This document shows positions 9,275 to 17,454 of a DNA stretch of 18,870 nt, piece by piece. The first letter of the stretch is position 1, and every line of letters starts with the position of its first letter. The notes beneath the pieces were generated by a model, which saw only the letters and a program-made list of their open reading frames with translations, ran no database searches and had not been told where the DNA came from. The DNA is taken from contig JBEKES010000014.1 in assembly GCA_050013715.1 (NCBI GenBank), positions 1 to 18,870 of the forward strand, read 5' to 3'. The DNA comes from Candidatus Micrarchaeaceae archaeon. GTDB taxonomy: Archaea > Micrarchaeota > Micrarchaeia > Micrarchaeales > Micrarchaeaceae. Position numbers and translations under genes: made by a program.

Positions 9275-9283
9275 TTATATATA
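9275..9283 (+). promoter_or_regulatory. Putative TATA box for the small orphan gene
   Basis: TTATATATA about 30 nt upstream of ATG 9314. Confidence 0.5.
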
Positions 9284-9313
9284 TTTCCTAAAACAGAGTT
9301 AATTTGTGAGAAA

Positions 9314-9568
9314 ATGCCAGAAATAAAAAAAATAAAAACAGAATTTAAAAATGCAGATAATACTGCGTATAAATTAGAAGAGTTGCTTCCAGCCGATTTA
9401 GAAGGATATGTTGTTACTGGAGAAAAACCAATAGCTTTAATTACTTTAAATATACGTGGTGATAAAGCTTGGGGAAATTTGTCAACATCTAATTTGCTAG
9501 AAATGAGACGTTTTGCTGATAGGATGCTTAGGAAAACTAAAAAGGAAGATTCTAAATCAAAGAAATAA
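9314..9568 (+). CDS. Small hypothetical protein (84 aa)
   Basis: ATG 9314 is preceded by GTGAG and a TATA box. The protein-like sequence is MPEIKKIK...KKEDSKSKK. The track's upstream extension from 9230 runs through the hairpin and is probably not coding. Confidence 0.7.
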   Translation: MPEIKKIKTEFKNADNTAYKLEELLPADLEGYVVTGEKPIALITLNIRGDKAWGNLSTSNLLEMRRFADRMLRKTKKEDSKSKK

Positions 9569-9630
9569 CTAAAACTAGCTTTAAGTTTTTCCCGTGTGCG
9601 AATAACGGGTTCCCCAATTTATATTTGAAA

Positions 9631-10830
9631 TTAAAACATTTCGTACTTGCCCATTGACAATTCCTGAGTTATGTAGCTCATGTTGCTTATTGTTTCTTGC
9701 GCAATGTCATGCACCTTTATGCTTATAGGCTCTATTTTTTCACCTTTCGCCATTATTGCACCTATGTAAACGCTTTTAGGATCATCTATCTTTCGTCCTA
9801 TTTGCGATACGATTGCAACATCGCATTCTTTTATTTGAGGATAAAGCTTCACTATGTCCTGTGCAATTTCTTTTGATACGATGCTGTATATTTTTCCAAC
9901 ATGATTAACTGGATTCTTCCCAGCTGCTGCTTCAAGGCTCATGTGTCTGAACGGAGTTATAAGTCCATTCACTCTGTTGCCTCTGCCAACTGCACCGTCA
10001 TCCCCTGCCTCGCAGCTGAGCCCTGATTTTGTGAGATATATTTCGTTGAGCTCATGAGAATCTCCATTGTTTATTATTACATTTACTTCTTTTTTCGTAA
10101 AATTCTTTGCGTTGTTCACAATATCGCTTCTTATTTTTTCTTTGAAGTTCGCATATTCTTCTATGTTATTCACGAATTTTGAAACAAATGCAATTGCAAC
10201 TGTAAGATTTATTGAATCGTTTTCACGTACTCCCATAACTTTTATATCTTCTCCGACCATTGGCATTTTTGACTTGTAGTCTTTGCCATTTAGGAAATGC
10301 TCAGTCTCAAGAGTAAGTTTTTCTGTTTCAGAAAATGGAGCAAAGCCTATTCCGAATGAGGTATCATTTGCAAGTGGCATATCTTTCCCTCTGTGAAATA
10401 TTTTGTTAAGATCGTCAGATCCCTTCAATATTTTTGAGACAATAATTACTTCATTTTCAAGATCAAGGAATCTTGTGTTTGCTTTTAGATAATCGTTGGT
10501 TGCCTTTATCGCTATAGCATCAACATCAACCGTAAGTCCTTGAAATTCTTGAGTCGCTCTCCCGGCAACTATTATTTCTATTGCTTTTGTTATTTTTCCT
10601 TTTCCGAAATTAACTTCAGATGATCCTCCAACAATGAGTCCTTTGTCGACATTATGATGCAATATAAATCCTGCAGTTTCTATATATTGCTTGCTCAATT
10701 CGATGCTCACGTTTTCTACTATTCCATCTATTAAACTGTCAGGATGTCCAATTCCTTTTCTTTCAACGAACTCAACAGATTGCTCTTCAACAAGCATGTG
10801 CTCTTTCTGCTCTATCTTTATTGCCCCCAT
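9631..10830 (-). CDS. mat: Archaeal-type S-adenosylmethionine synthetase (methionine adenosyltransferase)
   Basis: Motifs [35 protein letters not shown] and [38 protein letters not shown]. The likely start is ATG 10830. Confidence 0.96.
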   Translation of the reverse strand: MGAIKIEQKEHMLVEEQSVEFVERKGIGHPDSLIDGIVENVSIELSKQYIETAGFILHHNVDKGLIVGGSSEVNFGKGKITKAIEIIVAGRATQEFQGLTVDVDAIAIKATNDYLKANTRFLDLENEVIIVSKILKGSDDLNKIFHRGKDMPLANDTSFGIGFAPFSETEKLTLETEHFLNGKDYKSKMPMVGEDIKVMGVRENDSINLTVAIAFVSKFVNNIEEYANFKEKIRSDIVNNAKNFTKKEVNVIINNGDSHELNEIYLTKSGLSCEAGDDGAVGRGNRVNGLITPFRHMSLEAAAGKNPVNHVGKIYSIVSKEIAQDIVKLYPQIKECDVAIVSQIGRKIDDPKSVYIGAIMAKGEKIEPISIKVHDIAQETISNMSYITQELSMGKYEMF

Positions 10831-10911
10831 AAACTCATCATAAATAAACATATAATTTAGAATAAAAAGCAAACCTATGCAAAAACTGAAAGAAAGTAAA
10901 ATTTATGTTAA

Positions 10912-12663
10912 TTATTCTCTTGCTTTCTGCTTTATTTCCCTTATCTGTTCAAGAAGTTTCCTTTCATCATCGTTTATCAAGTGAGAGAAATCCTTTGTAA
11001 GAAGTTTGTAGTCTTCTTCAGTTACATCAACATAGAGCATCTGCCTTTCCTTCACTTGCCGTCCGAAGGTTGGCCCTTCTATAGACAATGCAATCTGGTC
11101 TCCCTTCTTTGCGATTTGCAACGGAGTTTTCTCGTTCTGCAGTCCTTTTATCTTTCCCAATGGGATTCCCTGATCGGTAATTAGCCTATAGCCTGGCTTT
11201 ATCCTGCCGTTCATCACGCTTATGCCTATTATCAACGGATGCGATGCTCTGAAGCACGCGATAACTTCAATTGAAGCAGGAAATACTATTCTATCTTCTA
11301 TTTTCTGCGATGAGCTTCTTTGCTGTTGCTCAACGAATAGTTTGTAATCATCAATAAGCTTGTAGATTATGTTGCTTTGTATTATCTTAACTCCGCTGGT
11401 ATCTGAGGAATCAACAGCATCATTTTCTAATCCGACATTGAATGCCAGTATAACTGCACTTGTTGGATCCTTTGCATACATTGCAAACGCATCCATTATG
11501 TCGCGCTTCGTTACCTTTCCTATCTCCTTCTTGCTTATCTTGAAGTTCTCATCTGCGCTTTTCAATAGCTTTGAAATTGCATCTATGCTCCCTATCGTAT
11601 CTGCTTTGAGTATTATTCCCGTATTATCTGTCTTGAATACTTCACCTATTTCTGATTTTATCTCATTGGAATAATTTGAATCAGTTACCTGCATTACTGG
11701 TGAACCTGGTATTGCATCGTCAAGACCTGTGCAGCTTATCTTGACACCGCTTGCCGCACTCACAAAATCAACATAATTGAATCCGCTTCCCGAATCCATG
11801 TTTTTGCTTACGGATTTTGGCTTCAGCAATGCCTTGATTTTTGCAGTTCCTATACCATCTGGAGTTGCAAACGCAATGGTGTCGTTTATGTGAAGAGTCC
11901 CATCGTAAAGTATTACGTCTATTGTTATTCCCAGTCCTTTTATCTCCTTCTTTTCGAGTATGCTGCCCTTTCCTGGCCCTTTTATTTCTATCTTGAGCTT
12001 TTCCTCAAGGTATCTTTGCGCCAATCCGGTAACTACCATCAATAATTCGGCAATGCCCTCTCCTGTCTTTGCGCTTAGGGGCACTATTGCAAGCTCCTTC
12101 TGGAAGTCCTTTACCCTGTTGAACAATTCGCTGTTGAAATCGAATTCGCTTAACTTTCCTATTAGCTCGTATATTCTTGAGTCTATTTCGCTTGCTATGT
12201 AGCTGTTTTGCTGCTTGAGCGCTTCCACTATGCTTTTTGACTTTGTGTTGTGCCAACCCGTAAGAAGGTCTACCTTATTTGCAGCTATGATAAAAGGAGT
12301 TTTATACTGCTTCAGTATTTCAACTGCTTCTATTGTCTGTGGCTCGAAGCCTTTGGTTATATCTACAACAAGTATGGCAATGTCGGCAACGCTTCCTCCC
12401 CTTACTCTAAGATTCGTAAATGCTTCATGGCCAGGGGTATCGATGAAAAGCAAACCAGGAATTGTTATCTTCATGTTTGTGGCCTTAAGAAGAGGGCCGC
12501 ATATGTCGTTTATCGTTTCTATGGGTATTTCGCTGGCTCCTATGTGCTGGGTTATTCCTCCAGCTTCCTTTGCTGCCACTGTGCTGTTCCTTATCCTGTC
12601 AAGAAGAGAGGTCTTTCCGTGGTCCACATGGCCCATAACAGCGATTATAGGTTGCCTTATCAT
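10912..12663 (-). CDS. infB: Translation initiation factor aIF5B (archaeal IF2)
   Basis: Motifs IRQPI..MGHVDHGKT, EAGGITQHIGA, DTPGHEAF, NKVD, SAKTGEG and KADT.GS. It lacks the long bacterial N-terminal domain. ATG 12663 is preceded by GTGAT. Confidence 0.97.
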   Translation of the reverse strand: MIRQPIIAVMGHVDHGKTSLLDRIRNSTVAAKEAGGITQHIGASEIPIETINDICGPLLKATNMKITIPGLLFIDTPGHEAFTNLRVRGGSVADIAILVVDITKGFEPQTIEAVEILKQYKTPFIIAANKVDLLTGWHNTKSKSIVEALKQQNSYIASEIDSRIYELIGKLSEFDFNSELFNRVKDFQKELAIVPLSAKTGEGIAELLMVVTGLAQRYLEEKLKIEIKGPGKGSILEKKEIKGLGITIDVILYDGTLHINDTIAFATPDGIGTAKIKALLKPKSVSKNMDSGSGFNYVDFVSAASGVKISCTGLDDAIPGSPVMQVTDSNYSNEIKSEIGEVFKTDNTGIILKADTIGSIDAISKLLKSADENFKISKKEIGKVTKRDIMDAFAMYAKDPTSAVILAFNVGLENDAVDSSDTSGVKIIQSNIIYKLIDDYKLFVEQQQRSSSQKIEDRIVFPASIEVIACFRASHPLIIGISVMNGRIKPGYRLITDQGIPLGKIKGLQNEKTPLQIAKKGDQIALSIEGPTFGRQVKERQMLYVDVTEEDYKLLTKDFSHLINDDERKLLEQIREIKQKARE

Positions 12664-12748
12664 AAGAATCACACTGCAGTAACATAACTAACGTTATGTC
12701 TATTCAATAAAAAATAGCCTTTAAAAGTATAATAATTAGATAGTTAAT

Positions 12749-13150
12749 TTATGAAAGGTTTGTCTTGTATAGAACAGTATTGAAAAGGTTTGCTCCGTCG
12801 CGCTTCGAATGCGAAAGATTCGCATAGGAAAGATCGGTATAGGATAGATTTGCATTGGTAAGGTTAGCATTAGACAAATCCGCACTGAATAAATTAGCAT
12901 TTGATAGATCCGAATTCGAAAGATTCGCATTGGAAAGCTTCGAGTTCATCATGTTAAGCTTTGTGAGGTTCATCTTGCTTAGATCCTCGTCGCTTAGGTC
13001 GACGAACCTGTTGCGCTTTATTGCCTCTTTTATAAGGGCGCTTATGTAGGATTTTGTAAGCTTCTTGAGACCAAACTTACCTCCCTTCAATATTTTTATG
13101 AACTTACCATCATCTTGAAATTTCAATTGAATAATATCATCGCTCGACAT
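12749..13150 (-). CDS. Pentapeptide repeat protein
   Basis: Tandem (A/S)(N/D)L(S/T/F)x repeats (ANLSN SDLSN ANLFS ADLSN ANLTN ANLSY) after a basic N-terminal region. GTGAT precedes the ATG. Confidence 0.9.
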   Translation of the reverse strand: MSSDDIIQLKFQDDGKFIKILKGGKFGLKKLTKSYISALIKEAIKRNRFVDLSDEDLSKMNLTKLNMMNSKLSNANLSNSDLSNANLFSADLSNANLTNANLSYTDLSYANLSHSKRDGANLFNTVLYKTNLS

Positions 13151-13182
13151 AGTATCACTACTATAATATATGAATGTCCTAA

Positions 13183-13190
13183 TATATAAA
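13183..13190 (-). promoter_or_regulatory. Putative TATA box for the pentapeptide repeat gene
   Basis: Minus-strand TTTATATA about 32 nt upstream of ATG 13150, preceded by a purine-rich BRE-like tract. Confidence 0.55.
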
Positions 13191-13378
13191 CACCCGCTTT
13201 TTTAATTCAAAATAAAGATTGCAAATCTGTCAAAAACAATAAAAAGAACTCGGTAGAGACGCAGCTGCAACACACTAGATTCCCATATAACATAGGACAT
13301 ATGTGTTGTGTTGCTAGATCCAAAATATTCGAAAGTAAGGTATAAGTATCTGGAAATTCCTAATTATTGTGTGATAGG

Positions 13379-14623
13379 ATGAGCGGCAAGAGTGCAAGAA
13401 GGCAGAGGAGAAAGGAAGTAAGAAAAGCCGAAAAAGAGCTGCTCAGGAAGGAGAAAGGTAAAGATAAAACAATACCTGGAGGAGGTTTTTTTAGGAATAA
13501 GGTCCTGGCATATACATTGGCTGGCACATTAGCCCTAGGCAGTCTTGAAATTGCAAGGGAACAGTTGCCGTTCTTTACTGGAAAAAAACCAAAATATGAT
13601 TTGACATTGGTATTGATTGAGCACGCTGGTGAAGATAACGCAAAGATATTACTAGATAAGGTAGATAAAGCCCAAAATGATGGTAGACCGTACAAAATAT
13701 TCTTTTTGGAATCTGCAAACCAGCAAAGCTCGACATACAGAAGAGACGCCATAGCATATAATAAGTTCTGCTCAGAGATCAGGACAAATTATCTTTCCTT
13801 GATAGATAAAGGATATACCCCATATAATGCAGAATCGATTGTTGAGAAAAAAATATTCCAAGAAACAAATAATGCTGAAGCTGAAAAGAGGTTTTTTAAA
13901 GTTTTATCTGCAGGTCTTGCAATAAGGGGCATAAAAGTACTTTTCTTGGAATCAAGAAATGCGACAGAAATTGCAGAGGACACCATGGCGATGAACAAAT
14001 ACCTTTCCATAGATAAGGAAATGCATAAAGTTGGTTCAACTTTGTCATTGAAGGAATTGACAGTATTCTATAATCAGAAACATGCTGAAGAAATAAAATA
14101 CACTGAAAGGAGAAATAATGAAATAAATGCAGATTTAGAAAATAGGTTCGAAGAGGCCGCAAGCATATTCCCTGAATTAAATTTTGAAAGGCTCAAAGGA
14201 AATCAGTTAAGGGCCATAGGATTCATGGGTTTTTCTCACGGGAGATTCCTTTCAACACATAAAGACATTAGTATAAGGATGGAGGAATATGAAAGTTCAT
14301 CTCGTCCTATTTCGGAGAAGATAGCTCTTGATATGACTTATCCAAGACCATACACAGAAAGAGAGGCTTACCTCATTGCACTTGAAGGCAGATACATAAG
14401 ACCAGTACTGGAAAATAAAAATTTGCTGCATGCCATATCATCTGAACCAGATGGTAAGAATATTGGGAAAAGATTGATTGGTAATGCATTGGGCCTAAGC
14501 CAGCAGCAGATTGAGGACCTAGATAAAAAATCTCTCAATGTATCTGACATTAGTGAAAGATGGGCTTTTATCCTGAATCAGGTAATCGGTTCAGATGTAT
14601 TCAGGAAAGAGATGTTTAGATAG
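13379..14623 (+). CDS. Membrane-anchored hypothetical protein with TraB/TIKI/EreA-ChaN-like motifs
   Basis: Long ORF with ATG 13379 after GTGAT. It has a very basic N-terminus, one hydrophobic segment (VLAYTLAGTLALGSL), then LVLIEH, IFFLES, VLFLES, RNNEI and GFMGFSH. The fold call is inference. Confidence 0.8.
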   Translation: MSGKSARRQRRKEVRKAEKELLRKEKGKDKTIPGGGFFRNKVLAYTLAGTLALGSLEIAREQLPFFTGKKPKYDLTLVLIEHAGEDNAKILLDKVDKAQNDGRPYKIFFLESANQQSSTYRRDAIAYNKFCSEIRTNYLSLIDKGYTPYNAESIVEKKIFQETNNAEAEKRFFKVLSAGLAIRGIKVLFLESRNATEIAEDTMAMNKYLSIDKEMHKVGSTLSLKELTVFYNQKHAEEIKYTERRNNEINADLENRFEEAASIFPELNFERLKGNQLRAIGFMGFSHGRFLSTHKDISIRMEEYESSSRPISEKIALDMTYPRPYTEREAYLIALEGRYIRPVLENKNLLHAISSEPDGKNIGKRLIGNALGLSQQQIEDLDKKSLNVSDISERWAFILNQVIGSDVFRKEMFR

Positions 14624-14667
14624 ATAAAATATAAATATTTGGGAATCTGTAATACCTATGTGATAAT

Positions 14668-15255
14668 TTGACTAAAACAGTAGATAAGAATGGCAATGGT
14701 AATAGGAATCTGTACTTACGAGTAGATGATGCCATTATGAAAAATGTCAATAAAGCAGTAAGGGCATGGAATTGGACTACTGGGTATACGAAAGCAGATT
14801 TGGCTAATACATTAATAGTTACAACCGTTGCAGTTCAGGCATTTATTGCTGCAGCAGCAAAAGATAAAATGTATTATATGTTACCTTTTTGGACTGCATT
14901 ATGTGGAAATAGTTGGATTAAAGAAAATAAAGAAATTGAAAATTTGGAATTTAATTCCATAAAACTCGGTTTGATGGACTTAAAAGTTGAAACACATAAA
15001 ACAACAATGAAAGTAATCGGACCGCGTTATTTTCTTTTAGGAAATACATTTGCAATATGGGATAGAGCAGATGTTGATAAAATAGCTATTTATGGTACAC
15101 TCGCATATTTATTGGCACCATCATTTTATGTGATGAGAGCAGATTATGTACCGTCTCAAAAGAATTGTGTAGCAAGAGGATTAAATCATATTAGAGAGTG
15201 GTGGAATGCACCAACAACATCGCCAATCCCAACTACAGTTCCAATAAGAAATTAG
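14668..15255 (+). CDS. Hypothetical multi-pass membrane protein
   Basis: TTG start after GTGAT, TATAAATA at 14630-14637, three to four hydrophobic segments and a P/T-rich tail. Confidence 0.78.
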   Translation: MTKTVDKNGNGNRNLYLRVDDAIMKNVNKAVRAWNWTTGYTKADLANTLIVTTVAVQAFIAAAAKDKMYYMLPFWTALCGNSWIKENKEIENLEFNSIKLGLMDLKVETHKTTMKVIGPRYFLLGNTFAIWDRADVDKIAIYGTLAYLLAPSFYVMRADYVPSQKNCVARGLNHIREWWNAPTTSPIPTTVPIRN

Positions 15256-15271
15256 AATAAATGAAAAATAA

Positions 15272-15468
15272 TCCAATGCCCTTTGATGGCTCCAGTAACT
15301 GGAGTAACACGCCTTCGAATTTTGGGCATGTTTACACCAAATTGGAAGGTCTGACAACCTATATATGGGTTGTGATTAGGGACAGGGTATTAGACAAAAA
15401 TGGGCCAAATTTGAACAGGAGTATCCAAGTCCTGGGATAGTGGTATTGAGTGAAAACCGCACTCTTTT
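15272..15468 (+). ncRNA. Candidate structured non-coding RNA (four-way junction plus two 3' hairpins); family not recognised
   Basis: Closing stem 15275-15287 with 15375-15391 encloses hairpins 15289-15305, 15311-15350 and 15354-15373. Further hairpins lie at 15416-15434 and 15448-15464, followed by TTTT. The wobble pairs are G-U on the plus strand. Confidence 0.45.
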
Positions 15469-15550
15469 ATTTCATATATTTGAAAGATAGTTTATTAACT
15501 TTATGAGTAGATTTAATATCCTATGAACATAAAGTTACGTTGTTGTTTTT

Positions 15551-15916
15551 ATGGGGAGTTATATAGAATTAAATGATACATTACAAATAACTACAGAGCA
15601 GGGGTTTCCTAAAGAGCTTATATTAGAAGCCCATCTAAAGAAGCCATTTGAAGCAAAAGATTTTGAAGGCAGAGTTTTCTCATTTAAAGATAAACCTAAT
15701 ATGAGGATATTTCATACATCGCCTACGAGATGTTTTTTAGTACACAATATTAATGGGAAATGGCTTTATTGGGGACATTGTTTAATAATAGAACAGACGA
15801 TACACGCTGATACGAAAACAACATCAGGAAAATTTATTATCACTAAAATATATACTCCTGAACATCAAAAAGCTATGAGTAAATATGAAGTAGATGAGGG
15901 TAAAGAATACTTTTAA
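15551..15916 (+). CDS. Conserved-looking hypothetical protein (121 aa)
   Basis: Clean ATG-TAA ORF with globular composition (MGSYIELNDTLQITTEQGFP...GKWLYWG). It lies 11 nt upstream of the RidA gene. Confidence 0.85.
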   Translation: MGSYIELNDTLQITTEQGFPKELILEAHLKKPFEAKDFEGRVFSFKDKPNMRIFHTSPTRCFLVHNINGKWLYWGHCLIIEQTIHADTKTTSGKFIITKIYTPEHQKAMSKYEVDEGKEYF

Positions 15917-15927
15917 TAGGTAATAAA

Positions 15928-16296
15928 ATGAAAACACAAGTTGGAGCAAGTTCACCTTTTCCTTTGTCTCAAGGTATATTAAGTAACGATTTTCTATTTG
16001 TTTCAGGACAAATCCATATGAAAGATGGTAAACTACTCGAAGGTAGCATTGAGGAGCAAACACATCAAGTAATGAAAAATATAAAAGTCGTGCTTGATGC
16101 TGCTGGTATTGGATTTAATGAGATAGTTAAAGTAACAATATATGTTACTGATATGTCCTTATATGGAAAAGTAAATGACGTGTATAAGACGTATTTTTCT
16201 GAACCATTTCCAGCAAGAGAAATGATTTGTGTAAAAGAGTTGCCCGCTGGAGCTAGATTGGAAATAAGTGTGATAGCAACAAAGTCTAAGGACTAA
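15928..16296 (+). CDS. RidA/YjgF/UK114 family enamine-imine deaminase
   Basis: Motifs SQG...FLFVSGQI, EQT.QVMKN, VKVTIY, NDVY and FPAR (conserved Arg), then LP.GA.LEI. AGGT precedes the ATG. Confidence 0.92.
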   Translation: MKTQVGASSPFPLSQGILSNDFLFVSGQIHMKDGKLLEGSIEEQTHQVMKNIKVVLDAAGIGFNEIVKVTIYVTDMSLYGKVNDVYKTYFSEPFPAREMICVKELPAGARLEISVIATKSKD

Positions 16297-16925
16297 GGTA
16301 ACAAATCGTTCTTTTTCATAAAGCCTCTGACTTTTGTAAAAATAAATCTGTAACCTTTTCCATCAGGATGTAAACCATCCTCTAATAAGCTCTTATAATC
16401 CTTTTTCAATATTATTTTATTCAGGTCTAAGAAGGGCAAATTCTCTTTTTTACAACACTCTTTAATGATATTATTGAATCTGGACATTCTTTCATTAGAT
16501 AAAATTGTTCTATTATATGATGGTATTAATGTTTTTGATTCGTCAACTGGTGGAAGTCCGAGAAAAGCCACTTTCTGTCTGAAAGTCTTTGCTTTTCTTA
16601 TAAGTTCTAATATATTATTTTTGAATTCTTCCTCAGTAACTAAGATATTCTGATCAGAAACTGATTCATTATACTTTGCGTCATTTGTACCAATAGCTAT
16701 TATTGTTGTATAAACATCTGTTGGTTTCTTGAATCTCAATCTAGCCTTAGTTTCTACATCAAATCGTTCGAGTAATTCTGAAGATTTTTGACCTCCAATA
16801 CCTAAATTATAAACTTTATTATCATCCTTAAGTATCTCAAACCATTTCTTGAGATGACCACACCAACCTCCATTATAACCTTCTCCGAAAGTGATGCTAT
16901 CACCAAAACATAGAATAGTACCCAT
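16293..16925 (-). CDS. SGNH/GDSL family hydrolase
   Basis: Block I FGDSIT, block II NLGIGG, block III IGTND and block V DGLHP. Confidence 0.93.
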   Translation of the reverse strand: MGTILCFGDSITFGEGYNGGWCGHLKKWFEILKDDNKVYNLGIGGQKSSELLERFDVETKARLRFKKPTDVYTTIIAIGTNDAKYNESVSDQNILVTEEEFKNNILELIRKAKTFRQKVAFLGLPPVDESKTLIPSYNRTILSNERMSRFNNIIKECCKKENLPFLDLNKIILKKDYKSLLEDGLHPDGKGYRFIFTKVRGFMKKNDLLP

Positions 16926-16939
16926 ATAATCATCTCTAG

Positions 16940-17160
16940 TTATAATTTTATAATATCAGATTGTTTAGTTCTTACTTTTTGAGTCATTTTCTTCGTACTA
17001 ACATAAGCAAGAACATCAACATCTGGGTTATATAGCTCGATCATATCAAGATCGGTACGTTCAAAAACTCTAGCTCCTTTCACTCTTTCACCAGCCAACA
17101 AGGATTTTTTAAGATTGTTATACTTTTCTGGCTCTAAATAAAAGTCTAAATCCCCAAAAT
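16940..17160 (-). pseudogene. C-terminal remnant of a hypothetical gene, N-terminus missing
   Basis: Protein-like sequence FGDLDFYLEPEKY...LAYVSTKKMTQKVRTKQSDIIKL stops 14 nt before the SGNH start. The track's extension to 17311 is antisense to the plus-strand fragment and has shadow-frame composition. Confidence 0.5.
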
Positions 17161-17452
17161 GGATGGCGATATAGGAGTGCTGAGATACAAACATATCACA
17201 GTAGATAAAATAGTTTTTATCGGAAAAGAAGCAGACAAAATTGAGTACAATCTGAGTGGGTTCGGAAAGGTAGATTACAACATCTGCAATAATCCAAAAG
17301 ACTACCAACAATTACTAACATTAAAGTGGGAAGAGGTTAAAAATTGTGGGATCTCTAGGCCACAGTTTTTTAGACTAAAGAAGCAATTAAAGCAGGGAAA
17401 GAGATTGCATCTGAGTAGCAAGACACTAAAAAGGCTAAGGAGCATAATGTAA
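17153..17452 (+). pseudogene. C-terminal remnant resembling a casposon-type family B DNA polymerase
   Basis: K.DGDIGVL..KH...DKI.FIGKEA..IE followed by an HTH-like GISRPQFFRLKK matches my recollection of the C-termini of archaeal mobile-element PolBs. In-frame stops lie directly upstream, and no polymerase core is present. Confidence 0.55.
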
Positions 17453-17454
17453 GC

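Noticed and set aside
9238..9275. tRNA-like D-loop sequence (TAATTGGTAGCG)
   Set aside because: No pairing D stem, no T arm and no acceptor stem can be built.
15283..15378. Hammerhead, twister or C/D-box sRNA readings of the structured element
   Set aside because: CUGANGA/GAAA cores are absent, the twister pseudoknot pairings fail, and CTGA/GTGATTA do not give correct K-turn geometry.
5765..16653. Remaining short track ORFs overlapping recognised genes (for example 6697-7236, 7536-8006, 12215-12682, 16465-16653)
   Set aside because: They overlap well-supported genes on the opposite strand or another frame and lack motifs or start signals.
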